Source of the DNA: an uncultured Candidatus Poseidoniales archaeon
GTDB lineage: Archaea > Thermoplasmatota > Poseidoniia > Poseidoniales > Thalassarchaeaceae
DNA length: 53,942 bases
Reading direction: 5' to 3'
Assembly (NCBI GenBank): GCA_902573015.1
Contig: CACGIE010000006.1
Span: 1 to 53,942, forward strand
Every line of letters begins with the position of its first letter. Positions within the stretch are counted from its first letter, which is position 1. Below, piece after piece: positions 10,066 through 18,969 of the stretch. The notes under the pieces were generated by a model that searched no databases, was not told the origin of the DNA, and saw only the letters and a program-made list of their open reading frames with translations. A program made the position numbers and the translations under genes.

Positions 10066-10070
10066 CTACG

Positions 10071-10256
10071 CTAAACATACTGGAACAGAAGTTGAGATAC
10101 CCAGCTGACCATCATGATGATCATGAACCATCCCAATGCCAGTTTGACCCATCTCGTAGGCTCCTTCTTCGGTGGGAAGGGGTCTATTCCCGCCTTCAGT
10201 GCCTGGGAGATTATCTCCAGTTCCTCCTCGATAGTCTCCGGGGGCCTGATATCCAT
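10071..10256 (-). CDS. Small membrane protein (61 aa)
   Basis: MDIRPPETIEEELEIISQALKAGIDPFPP followed by a C-terminal TM helix; fills the gap between the tRNA and the next gene. Confidence 0.65.
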   Translation of the reverse strand: MDIRPPETIEEELEIISQALKAGIDPFPPKKEPTRWVKLALGWFMIIMMVSWVSQLLFQYV

Positions 10257-10324
10257 ACATTCCGAAGGCCAGCATGCATATTCAATCGTTATCGTAGCGA
10301 GGTTGAAGCCTCGAATCCCCTCGA

Positions 10325-11923
10325 GTGGCTGTGGATGAGTTACCGGAAGGGGTAGATATTCCCGAATTAGAGTCCCGGGCTCACATCCCATCTGCGTCAG
10401 TTATGCTCAGTAGGGTTTCCGGAGATGGTCATGAGGTCCTACTAGGGCACAGGAGTACGGAGCTACCAGCCTTCCCTGACCTCTGGTCCTTTCCCGGAGG
10501 GGGCGTTAGCAGAGTCGATAGAAAGGCGGCGGACACCCACCCAGAATGGTTGGCGGATAGGACTGGAGATAGACTGTCAGTTTTCACCCTCCTGAGGGAG
10601 ATGCTGGAAGAGATAGGGATAACCCCCGATGGTAATGGTGGCTTCATGGAGGTGAGTGACGAAGTAAGAGAGATCGTCTGCAAGGACAAGTCCGGATGGT
10701 TAGAGGTGGCAGAGGCCGGAGATATCTCCATCGAGAAGTTCGATTGCCAGGTCATCACTGAGAGGATAACCCCGCCACAGTCTCCGACCAGATTCCAAAA
10801 CACATTCTTCCACGTTGCATTGGGGGAATCGAGGGTGGAGGCGACCTTCCCGCCAGGAAGAAGCGAATTCGATAGATTCCAATGGTGGAGGCCAGAGGAC
10901 GTAATCGAGGCTTGGGAGAGTAACCAGCTGCACCTCCCGCCCCCGATTCTTACTATCTTCAGGGATCTATTGGAGGCGATGGAAGGCAGGGATCTTATCG
11001 CTGCGTGTAATGTGATGGCAGAGGACCCCCCCTCAGGACCTCATAGGTTCGAGTACGGTCCGGGAGTGGAGTGCATCCTAATTCCCACCATGACCCTTCC
11101 TCCATCTACACACACCAATTGCTTCTTACTAGGTGAGAGAGGCGGGCAGAGGGCGATTGTCGATCCGGCAATCAGAGACGAAGATGGGTACAAGCTGCTG
11201 AAGGACAAGGTAGAGGAGATACGAGGAGACGGGAGCGATATCGTTTGTACTATCTTCACTCACAGGCATCAAGACCACTTAGGGGACATGGATATGATTT
11301 CCCAGATTTACCAGGCCCCTGTTTGGGCTAGTGAGGAGACCCTGGCGGCCCTTCCAGAGATTCAGGAAACTAGGAAACTAAGGGAGGGCGATGAGATCTC
11401 TATTGATGGGCCTAGTGGGAGGGTGGACTGGGAGGTTCTAGAGACTCCAGGTCACTGCCCCGGGCAGATTTGCCTAGTTGGTGAGCCAGGAGTCGTGGCA
11501 GCGGACAACTGCACGATGGTGGGGACCATACTGGTGCCATCGAGAGATGGAGATATGGGGGCCTACATCTCTGGTCTGGAGAGGCTGAGAGACCTTAGGC
11601 CGCATACTCTCTTCGCAGGTCATGGTCCTCTGATTCCAAACCCTGAGAGGATGCTCACACAGTATATCGAGCATAGGAAGGCTAGGCACGCAAAGGTCCT
11701 GCAGGCGGTTAAATCCGGATGCTCTAACCTCTCGGATATTGCAATATCGGCATACTCTGACTCGCCTGGGGCCAATCCAGCTCTAGCGCAGGACCAGGCC
11801 CTTTCGCACCTGAATGAACTGGTCCGAACGGGAGATGTCAGGAAGACGGGCGGACGCTACCATTCTGAAAATCCCCCCCATCAGGTTGATGGCAGTTCTG
11901 AAGGATCTAGTGGATTAGTTTGA
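10325..11923 (+). CDS. NUDIX hydrolase fused to a LACTB2-like metallo-beta-lactamase-fold hydrolase
   Basis: Nudix box FPGG...REMLEEIG; MBL motifs THRHQDH, TPGH, AGHG; C-terminal winged-helix-like tail. Confidence 0.85.
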   Translation: MAVDELPEGVDIPELESRAHIPSASVMLSRVSGDGHEVLLGHRSTELPAFPDLWSFPGGGVSRVDRKAADTHPEWLADRTGDRLSVFTLLREMLEEIGITPDGNGGFMEVSDEVREIVCKDKSGWLEVAEAGDISIEKFDCQVITERITPPQSPTRFQNTFFHVALGESRVEATFPPGRSEFDRFQWWRPEDVIEAWESNQLHLPPPILTIFRDLLEAMEGRDLIAACNVMAEDPPSGPHRFEYGPGVECILIPTMTLPPSTHTNCFLLGERGGQRAIVDPAIRDEDGYKLLKDKVEEIRGDGSDIVCTIFTHRHQDHLGDMDMISQIYQAPVWASEETLAALPEIQETRKLREGDEISIDGPSGRVDWEVLETPGHCPGQICLVGEPGVVAADNCTMVGTILVPSRDGDMGAYISGLERLRDLRPHTLFAGHGPLIPNPERMLTQYIEHRKARHAKVLQAVKSGCSNLSDIAISAYSDSPGANPALAQDQALSHLNELVRTGDVRKTGGRYHSENPPHQVDGSSEGSSGLV

Positions 11924-11933
11924 GTCCCTTTTT

Positions 11934-12527
11934 TCAGAACTCGATGCTCACAGAACCTCGAGCAGCTTGTGCCGCTTCGTAAAGGACTCTTTCTTTACAG
12001 CCCTTGAAGGATGCAACAATACTGTCTGGTATGATCTCAATTGCAGTGTTGAAATTGGTTGCCGAGCTATTGTATAATTGGCGTTGGTCAGTAACTGAAT
12101 CTTCAATTTCTTTGTAGTCATCTTGTAGAGATAAGAAGTTCGTATTGGATTTCAGATCGGGATATGCTTCTGATAGAGCCAATAATTTCGGCATGGCTTG
12201 GGAAAGCATAGATTCAGCAGCCATAACGCCGCTTACATCACCTGAACTAGATGCTGCAGCAAAGGTATTTCTTGCATCGGCTAATTCACCAAAAATTTCC
12301 TTCTCATGGTCTGCATATCCTTTCACGATGTTTACCATATTTGGAATCATGTCATATCTTTGCTGAAGTAGCGTATCGATATTTGACCAAGCTCTGTCAA
12401 CATCTTTCTCAAGTCGTACTAATCTATTCCAGGTGCCAAAGAACCATCCCACAATAATTAGCACGAAGATTGCGAGACCAAGATATATTGCAATGTCAGT
12501 GCCTTCCATAGTAATTCTAAACCCCAT
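11934..12527 (-). CDS. lemA: LemA family protein
   Basis: N-terminal TM helix, AWSNIDTLLQQRYDMIPNMV, EAYPDLKSNTNFLSLQ, RQLYN. Confidence 0.93.
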   Translation of the reverse strand: MGFRITMEGTDIAIYLGLAIFVLIIVGWFFGTWNRLVRLEKDVDRAWSNIDTLLQQRYDMIPNMVNIVKGYADHEKEIFGELADARNTFAAASSSGDVSGVMAAESMLSQAMPKLLALSEAYPDLKSNTNFLSLQDDYKEIEDSVTDQRQLYNSSATNFNTAIEIIPDSIVASFKGCKERVLYEAAQAARGSVSIEF

Positions 12528-12594
12528 GTGGTAATCAATGTTGACCCTGATATTGCTATTTTCTTTACTCGCAACAGATTTTCATCGATATTTG

Positions 12595-14025
12595 TCAAAA
12601 ATTAGCATACGAAAGATAGGTGCCTATTATGCAACCAGCGGCTAGTATTCCAGGAATTATCTTGTATTCGAACTGAGACTTTACCTTTCCAAGTACTCCT
12701 AGTTCACTTCCTCTTTCTAGTCTAGCAGCAAATCCCACTCCACTTTCACCTACGACTTGCATCAAGAGTTGTTGGTCATTTCTTCGTATTGGGGTAATGC
12801 CGTCTTCAGCAAACCATTTTTCTTTCTTCATGTTTTTAGGTCGATTTTCGGCTTTTCCTAATATGTAACAAGGGTCCCCCAAAGCCAACCCCCATAATGT
12901 CCATTTATGCTCAAGTATCGTCCATCCACCAAAAGTAGTAGTGATTAGTGAACCAAAAATTTCTCCTAAGTTACGATTATGATCTACTTCCCAAATTCGA
13001 ATATACTCGCCAAGTTCTTGATCTTCGAACTTTTCAGGTTTTACGAGTACTCCCCCAGTTCCATCATGAAGTATGAAATTATGACTGCCGTTTTTTTGTT
13101 TAATTGTCTCCCACTTGTATTCGGTTTTGGTACGAGGACCATCATCAGTCATCACGACTTTTGTTCTTTTGAGATGTATTTCGTACACCCATCTCCATGA
13201 ATGTAGGTCATTGTAAGTACGTCCGGGATCATCTCCAACCAGAACAGGCGGAGCGGGAGAAGTCCACCTTCGAACTTGGCCTACAAGCTCTAATTCACCA
13301 GCAGCCATCGACCTAATCTTTGAAGTTGGAACATCAATCGTCAACTGCATTTTAGTTCCAGTTACCCACATCGCTGCTGCAAATACTACTGAGCCTATTG
13401 CTGGTCCAAAAATAAGTAACGCCGCGATAACGAGTGCTTCCGTATCTTCTGCCGATTTACCCACCTCCAATCCTGCGTACACTGAAGCCATCGTTGCTGG
13501 AATTGAATACAAAACAAGAATACTCATGAATACGCCGTCAAGAGAGAAGCTTGCAGGCTTTGGAGTGCCTACGACGGTAGGATGTTCTGGAATAATTCCG
13601 CTATCGTCTGGCCCATATGGGTCTACTTTGTCCCAGTATTCTGGACCAGGGGCTTGGAAAACCCATCCTCTATCGTCTCTTTTTGGGCTATGAGAATATT
13701 TGCCAGTCCAGAAACTTCCTGTGGAACCTCCAGTTTCAGAACGGTGGACAAAATCTCTGGGTTTCTCCTCTATCCTGATTTTTTCAAATTCTTTTTGTAA
13801 TTTTGTAGGAGTCAGCCACATACCAAGTAAACAGCCTGGGACGACAAAAATCCCACCTGCAGCCACTGATGTCCAATTATTTGAGGCCAAAGCTCCTATG
13901 CTTCCAATTAGCCCAAAGACTATCAAAAGCAAGGAAAAAATCCAAGGAATAATCACAAATCCACTTGGAGGGGTGAAATCAAAACCCCCTCCACCCCCAA
14001 ATCGGACTGTTGTCGTGTCCACCAT
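12595..14025 (-). CDS. Multi-pass membrane protein with a GIDE (BAM)-like domain
   Basis: IDVPTSKIRSMAAGELELVG and FILHDGTGGVLVKP resemble GIDE-domain signatures; four N-terminal TM helices and one C-terminal; no RING finger. Confidence 0.72.
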   Translation of the reverse strand: MVDTTTVRFGGGGGFDFTPPSGFVIIPWIFSLLLIVFGLIGSIGALASNNWTSVAAGGIFVVPGCLLGMWLTPTKLQKEFEKIRIEEKPRDFVHRSETGGSTGSFWTGKYSHSPKRDDRGWVFQAPGPEYWDKVDPYGPDDSGIIPEHPTVVGTPKPASFSLDGVFMSILVLYSIPATMASVYAGLEVGKSAEDTEALVIAALLIFGPAIGSVVFAAAMWVTGTKMQLTIDVPTSKIRSMAAGELELVGQVRRWTSPAPPVLVGDDPGRTYNDLHSWRWVYEIHLKRTKVVMTDDGPRTKTEYKWETIKQKNGSHNFILHDGTGGVLVKPEKFEDQELGEYIRIWEVDHNRNLGEIFGSLITTTFGGWTILEHKWTLWGLALGDPCYILGKAENRPKNMKKEKWFAEDGITPIRRNDQQLLMQVVGESGVGFAARLERGSELGVLGKVKSQFEYKIIPGILAAGCIIGTYLSYANF

Positions 14026-14089
14026 GGTAATGTCACCATATAGAATGAGATTAAGGTTAGCCCGGACAATTGAAATTTAATCTCTGGGT

Positions 14090-14956
14090 GTGAGATGCGT
14101 GAATGAGTACTGGAGTGGCGTTACTGAACTGGATGGGGCCGATGCTGAGGAACATTGGTTTGCAGTAGAGCCAGAGGTTTCAATCAGAGTAATGATTTGG
14201 AAACCTAAAGGGGTGGGTGATCCATCCAATGGAACGATCGTGATGGTCCCGGGGTGGGGTTCAATGTTCGAGGGATGGCGTCCCCTTGTCTCAGAGTGGG
14301 TGAAGAGTAGGCATCTGATCTACATTGAGACAAGAGAGAAGGCTAGCTCTAGAATCAGCAGGAAGATTTCAAAGTCTGACTTCTCGATAGAAAGGCACTC
14401 CAAGGATATAGCAACAGTCCTAGAGATACTGAATATCGATCATTCTAGTATCGACTGGTACTCCTCTTCCCTTGGTTCGACTCTGTTAATCGACGCATAC
14501 CAGAGAGGTGAGTTGGGTGGCAGGAGCTCTGTGCTGCTGGCCCCGAACCCCGATTTCAAATTCCCACTGTGGTCCCGAGCGATAATCTACTCCCCCCTCC
14601 CCATGTTTGCATTCAGGAAGATGGTGGGCTTCGTCGCCTGGGTCGTAGACAAGCGGACTAAGGAGGAGGGTCAGAAGGTTCGTTATCGCAGGGCACTACT
14701 GGCCCAGGACGTGCCTAGGATGCTGCTTTCAGCGAGATGGAACTTGAGATACAGCCTGCCCGAGGATCTCTCTGGGATAGAGATTCCATGCGCTGTGATG
14801 ACTGCCAGTTCAGATACCCTACACGATTTCAGCAAGGTACAGAGGATCGCGGACTCGATTCCGAATTGCGAGATGATTGAGGTCCCCTCAAACCAGTATG
14901 CACATGAGCCAGAAGTCCTCCGAGAGATACAAAAATTCCATTCTTCGATAGAATAA
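14090..14956 (+). CDS. Alpha/beta-fold hydrolase
   Basis: VMVPGWG oxyanion loop, SSSLG nucleophile elbow, D..H C-terminal residues. Confidence 0.8.
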   Translation: MRCVNEYWSGVTELDGADAEEHWFAVEPEVSIRVMIWKPKGVGDPSNGTIVMVPGWGSMFEGWRPLVSEWVKSRHLIYIETREKASSRISRKISKSDFSIERHSKDIATVLEILNIDHSSIDWYSSSLGSTLLIDAYQRGELGGRSSVLLAPNPDFKFPLWSRAIIYSPLPMFAFRKMVGFVAWVVDKRTKEEGQKVRYRRALLAQDVPRMLLSARWNLRYSLPEDLSGIEIPCAVMTASSDTLHDFSKVQRIADSIPNCEMIEVPSNQYAHEPEVLREIQKFHSSIE

Positions 14957-15017
14957 ATCGCCACTTCTTCCATCGATTGTCTGATGAAGGGGGCCGGGCC
15001 GGGCGGTATCGAGTAAC

Positions 15018-17159
15018 ATGCGCGAACAGTCATCTTCCTTCGAAATCGCACGCATAGTGCGAGAGATGTCCGAAATGGTCGGAGCGAGGGTCAGAAAGTC
15101 ATATCAGCCGCACTATGAGCAGATTGTAGTCAGGCTGAACCGGAAGGGAATGCCATCTACTGACCTAGTTATCGTTAGGGGGCTCAGGGCTTACTGCTCG
15201 AATCGAGATAGGCCCATGCCCACGCAGCCTTCTCAATTTGCAATGATCCTGAGGAAGCATCTGAACAACTCCAGGTTGGTCGGAGTCAGGCAATATGGAT
15301 TCGATAGGGTGATTCAGATGGACTTCGAGCATGGAGGAGGACGATTGAGTCTGATTATCGAGTTATTCCGAGATGGCAACGTACTCCTTCTCGATCAGGA
15401 AGGCGTGATCATCAGACCCCTGACTCATGCCAAGTATGCCAGCCGGTCTCTAAAGAAGGGCGTGGCTTACGCGCCCCCTCCGGAGGCAATAGATCCAAGG
15501 GAGCTCTCTGGAGAGTCCCTGAACGAGATTCTTTCGAGCAGCGATCATGCCTTGATTAGGACCCTTGCGTCGAGAGTGAATCTTGGAAGAATCTATGGAA
15601 GTGCAGTATGCTCAATAGCTGGGATTCACGAGGATTCGGAATCCAATTCCCTTACTGAGGAACAGAAGTCTTCACTGGACATCGCTCTCTCCAAAATGCT
15701 CGATGATCTGGATCAGGGGGAGGGAGGCAACATCTGGCTATCCGACCATGAGTCAAAGGATGCATGGAACTCGGCAGAGAACGAGTCTGATAGAGACTCA
15801 GCAGCGGCTGGAATAATCGAATTCTCCCCCATAGAACTACCCTCGATGGATGAAAGTATGAGGGAGTCGACTACTAGGTTGTCAGATGCATACGACTTCA
15901 TATTCGGCTCACATGATGCTGCAGCATTCATTCGCAGGGAAGAAGAGAAGTTAGTAGAAGCGGGCGATAGAGCAGAGGACGAGAGTTCCAAGCTTTCGAG
16001 GAGAGCATCTCAGCAGAGGAAGGCAATTGAGAAGTTCAATCAGAGGGCCACGATAACCCAGGAGTTAGGGAAGTCTATCCAGGATAACTGGGGTCATGTT
16101 GACAGCATCCTGACTCAACTAAACAATGCCGTCGAGGAAAGGGGATGGCTGGACATCGCAGACATCGCTCACGAGGTTGAGTGGCTGGATAGCGTGGATC
16201 CGGCAAAACACACGGTGGTAGCCTTCCTTCCGGATGAGGATGGAGAGCCCGGTGCTAGTATCACTCTAGAGGCAACAAAGACTGTACATCAGAACGCACA
16301 GAGGTACTTCGAGGAGGCCCGAGCTCAGAAGAACAAAATCAAGGGAGCTGTGGAAGCACTTGAGAAGACCGAGAGGTCGAAGAAAACTGCAGACAAGAAG
16401 GCTGCGAAGGAAGCTGCTTCGGGGAAGCTCAGAGGTAGGAAGAGAGCAAGGAGGTTCTGGTTCGAGAAGTATCGCTGGGCAATACTATCTGGTGGGCACC
16501 TGCTTATCGGGGGGAAGGATGCAAAGGGAAACGACGTGCTAGTGAGGAAGCATCTCTCCTCGAGTGACCTGTACTTCCATGCAGATCTCCACGGTGCTCC
16601 CTCATGCTCGCTAAAGCTCAAGGACGGTTTGGTTCCAAGCAATTCTCAGGAGGGGCTCATTCCCAAGGGGGTCGCTTCCATGCAAATCTCCCAGACACTG
16701 GGAGAGGGTTTGGATGACGCGCGCGAATTGGACGATTCAGTGATTTCCGAGGCTGCTCAAATGGCTGTTTGCTGGTCTAGAGCATGGGGGAGCGGTGGGG
16801 CTGCAGCAACTGCATTCCATGCCAGATCCAGCCAGGTTTCCAAAACCACGGAGACTGGGGAGTCATTGGCAAGGGGGTCCTTCGTTGTAAGGGGCGAGAG
16901 AAGCTGGCACAAAGACGTCCCCCTCGAGATAGCAATAGGACTGGCCGTAGTGAATGGGGTCCCGATGCCGGTTTCAGGAGTTCCAAGTACCATCTCAGAA
17001 ATCTGCGAAAGATGGGCAAGAATATCTCCTGGGAGAGAGAAGAAGGAAGCAGTGGCGAATAGGATCTCAAAATCAACAGGGCTATCTCAGGAGGATGTAC
17101 TGTCCTGTCTTCCACCAGGGGGCTGTTCAGTAGAGGATAAAGGGCTAGTTAGCCCCTGA
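15018..17159 (+). CDS. rqcH: Ribosome rescue protein aRqcH (NFACT/Rqc2 family)
   Basis: PSQFAMILRKHL, FDR, ELFRDGN, NAQRYFE coiled coil, WFEKYRW, GGKDAKGN, FHADLHGAPS, GSFVVRG, LPPG. Confidence 0.92.
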   Translation: MREQSSSFEIARIVREMSEMVGARVRKSYQPHYEQIVVRLNRKGMPSTDLVIVRGLRAYCSNRDRPMPTQPSQFAMILRKHLNNSRLVGVRQYGFDRVIQMDFEHGGGRLSLIIELFRDGNVLLLDQEGVIIRPLTHAKYASRSLKKGVAYAPPPEAIDPRELSGESLNEILSSSDHALIRTLASRVNLGRIYGSAVCSIAGIHEDSESNSLTEEQKSSLDIALSKMLDDLDQGEGGNIWLSDHESKDAWNSAENESDRDSAAAGIIEFSPIELPSMDESMRESTTRLSDAYDFIFGSHDAAAFIRREEEKLVEAGDRAEDESSKLSRRASQQRKAIEKFNQRATITQELGKSIQDNWGHVDSILTQLNNAVEERGWLDIADIAHEVEWLDSVDPAKHTVVAFLPDEDGEPGASITLEATKTVHQNAQRYFEEARAQKNKIKGAVEALEKTERSKKTADKKAAKEAASGKLRGRKRARRFWFEKYRWAILSGGHLLIGGKDAKGNDVLVRKHLSSSDLYFHADLHGAPSCSLKLKDGLVPSNSQEGLIPKGVASMQISQTLGEGLDDARELDDSVISEAAQMAVCWSRAWGSGGAAATAFHARSSQVSKTTETGESLARGSFVVRGERSWHKDVPLEIAIGLAVVNGVPMPVSGVPSTISEICERWARISPGREKKEAVANRISKSTGLSQEDVLSCLPPGGCSVEDKGLVSP

Positions 17160-17750
17160 CTGGATATTCCACTCTGGCGCAGTGATTGCGAACATTACGG
17201 AGTCAGTGAAGCGATCATACAACCATTCTCTGTCCTTTGAAACTCCCTCCAAGCGCAAACCCAGCCTCTCTGCTACTGCTCGACTAGGATGATTGTCCGC
17301 TGCAACCTCGATAACCGATCTGTGTAGTTTCAAATCAACAAAGCAGTGTTCTATGACCCTCCTGCATGACTTGGTAATGATCCCCCTGCCAGATGAGGAC
17401 TCGGAAACCCAATATCCCAATCCGAAGCTCCTATTGTCCCAGTCTACCCAATTTAGACTGACTACGCCAACGAGTTCGCCGTATTTACGAATCAAGTAAA
17501 CCCAGTTGAAGTTCTTGTCATCTCTTATCCGACGAATCATCGCTAACTCGTCATCCACTGAATTGACGTCATCCAGCCATGGGAGCCACTCCCTGAGATA
17601 TTCTCGGTTCTCATCAACAGTAACGAAGAGTTCTCTGGCGTCTCCCTCAATGGGAGCAAGCAATTCTAGCCCGTCCTCGACCATCAATGAGCTGGAAGGT
17701 AGAGGAGGCGGGGAATCAGGGTCATCCGGCCATCCGATTGGCTCAGGCAT
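17145..17750 (-). CDS. GNAT N-acetyltransferase, RimJ/RimL family
   Basis: NREYLREWLPW, LGYW...GRGIIT, NHPSRAVAERLG. Confidence 0.9.
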   Translation of the reverse strand: MPEPIGWPDDPDSPPPLPSSSLMVEDGLELLAPIEGDARELFVTVDENREYLREWLPWLDDVNSVDDELAMIRRIRDDKNFNWVYLIRKYGELVGVVSLNWVDWDNRSFGLGYWVSESSSGRGIITKSCRRVIEHCFVDLKLHRSVIEVAADNHPSRAVAERLGLRLEGVSKDREWLYDRFTDSVMFAITAPEWNIQSGAN

Positions 17751-17829
17751 CAAGCACCGCAATGAATCGGGCGTTTTAGTGGTTCTAATTCAGCGGCAAC
17801 GCTTCAAGTGGACTGCCTCATGCGAGGCC

Positions 17830-18912
17830 ATGGGCGGAAACGGAGAGTCCGGTAACTGGACATACGGGGACTACCTGAGGCTTCACGAGTTACTGGAACT
17901 GCAAGGAGACGAAAGGGGAATTTCTGCAGATGAAATGCATTTCATCATCGTTCACCAGACTTTCGAGCTCTGGTTCAAGCAAATAATTCGAGAACTCGCA
18001 GAAACCAGAGAGATTTTGGATCAGGTCCCCGTTCCTGAGGATGATATTCCAAGGGCCGTAAGTCACCTGGAGAGGACGACTGAGATTTTTCGACTAATGG
18101 CGAACCAATGGACGGTTCTCGAGACTCTGACCCCACAGGGATTCCTAGCCTTCAGAGACGGATTGGGCACCGCATCGGGGTTCGAGTCTTTTCAGATGCG
18201 TGAGTTCGAGGCACTCCTAGGTCTTGAGACGGAAGACCGAATGTTCGGTATGGACCCGATTAAGACATTCAGAAAGCTATCCGAGAGAGGGGGGAAGGAC
18301 GAGGAGGTGCTGAAAAGGCTAGAAGAGCAGATGCGGAAATCCTCCCTATTCGAGTCACTCATCAAATGGATTGAACGGACGCCCATTATGGGTTCTTCTT
18401 TCGACGGTGATGATGACAAAGATGTGGTGAGAGCATATGTGGAGGCGCATCTGGAATCTCATCTCAAGATGGGGCAAGATGCCTTGGAGAGAATGTCCGA
18501 TTTGGACACGGAGGGAGCAGATAGGATGAGAGAAAGAATAGACTCATCACATCAGTCTGCAGTGTCTTTCTTGATTCCTGATGGGGAGATTAGTCGTTCT
18601 AGAGCAGGTCTTCTTTTCATTGAGTCATATCGAGAGTTGCCACTTCTGACCTGGCCGAGAAAGCTCATCGACGCGTTTGTCGAGTTAGAGGAGTCAATGG
18701 CAAAGTGGAGGCACGACCATGCACGAATGGTAGAAAGAATCATTGGAAAGAGGACTGGCACAGGTGGGACAAGCGGAGTGGACTACTTGGATGCAACAGC
18801 CAGATACCGAATTTTCAAGGACCTGTGGGAAGTTAGGACGATACTCGTTAAACCGCAGAATAGACCTGACCTGATTAATGCAGAATTCTACGGTTACACT
18901 GTCGATTCGTGA
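17830..18912 (+). CDS. kynA: Tryptophan 2,3-dioxygenase
   Basis: YGDYLRLHELL, DEMHFIIVHQTFELWFKQ, FRDGLGTASGFESFQMR, WRHDHARMVERIIG, GTGGTSGVDYL; start ATG 17830. Confidence 0.93.
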   Translation: MGGNGESGNWTYGDYLRLHELLELQGDERGISADEMHFIIVHQTFELWFKQIIRELAETREILDQVPVPEDDIPRAVSHLERTTEIFRLMANQWTVLETLTPQGFLAFRDGLGTASGFESFQMREFEALLGLETEDRMFGMDPIKTFRKLSERGGKDEEVLKRLEEQMRKSSLFESLIKWIERTPIMGSSFDGDDDKDVVRAYVEAHLESHLKMGQDALERMSDLDTEGADRMRERIDSSHQSAVSFLIPDGEISRSRAGLLFIESYRELPLLTWPRKLIDAFVELEESMAKWRHDHARMVERIIGKRTGTGGTSGVDYLDATARYRIFKDLWEVRTILVKPQNRPDLINAEFYGYTVDS

Positions 18913-18969
18913 GTCCTGAAGACAGAATTGCATCGTGCCATTGAAGGCTAGGTCGTCAGTGGGCGGTTC

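Noticed and set aside
11923-11930. AGTCCCTT at the islet's left border matching the 5' end of tRNA-Gln, as a possible att site
   Set aside because: Only 8 bp, expected by chance; it does not bracket the islet and there is no integrase
17506-17829. N-terminal extension of the TDO ORF (468 aa in the track)
   Set aside because: It overlaps the divergent GNAT gene; TDO homology and the promoter position favour ATG 17830
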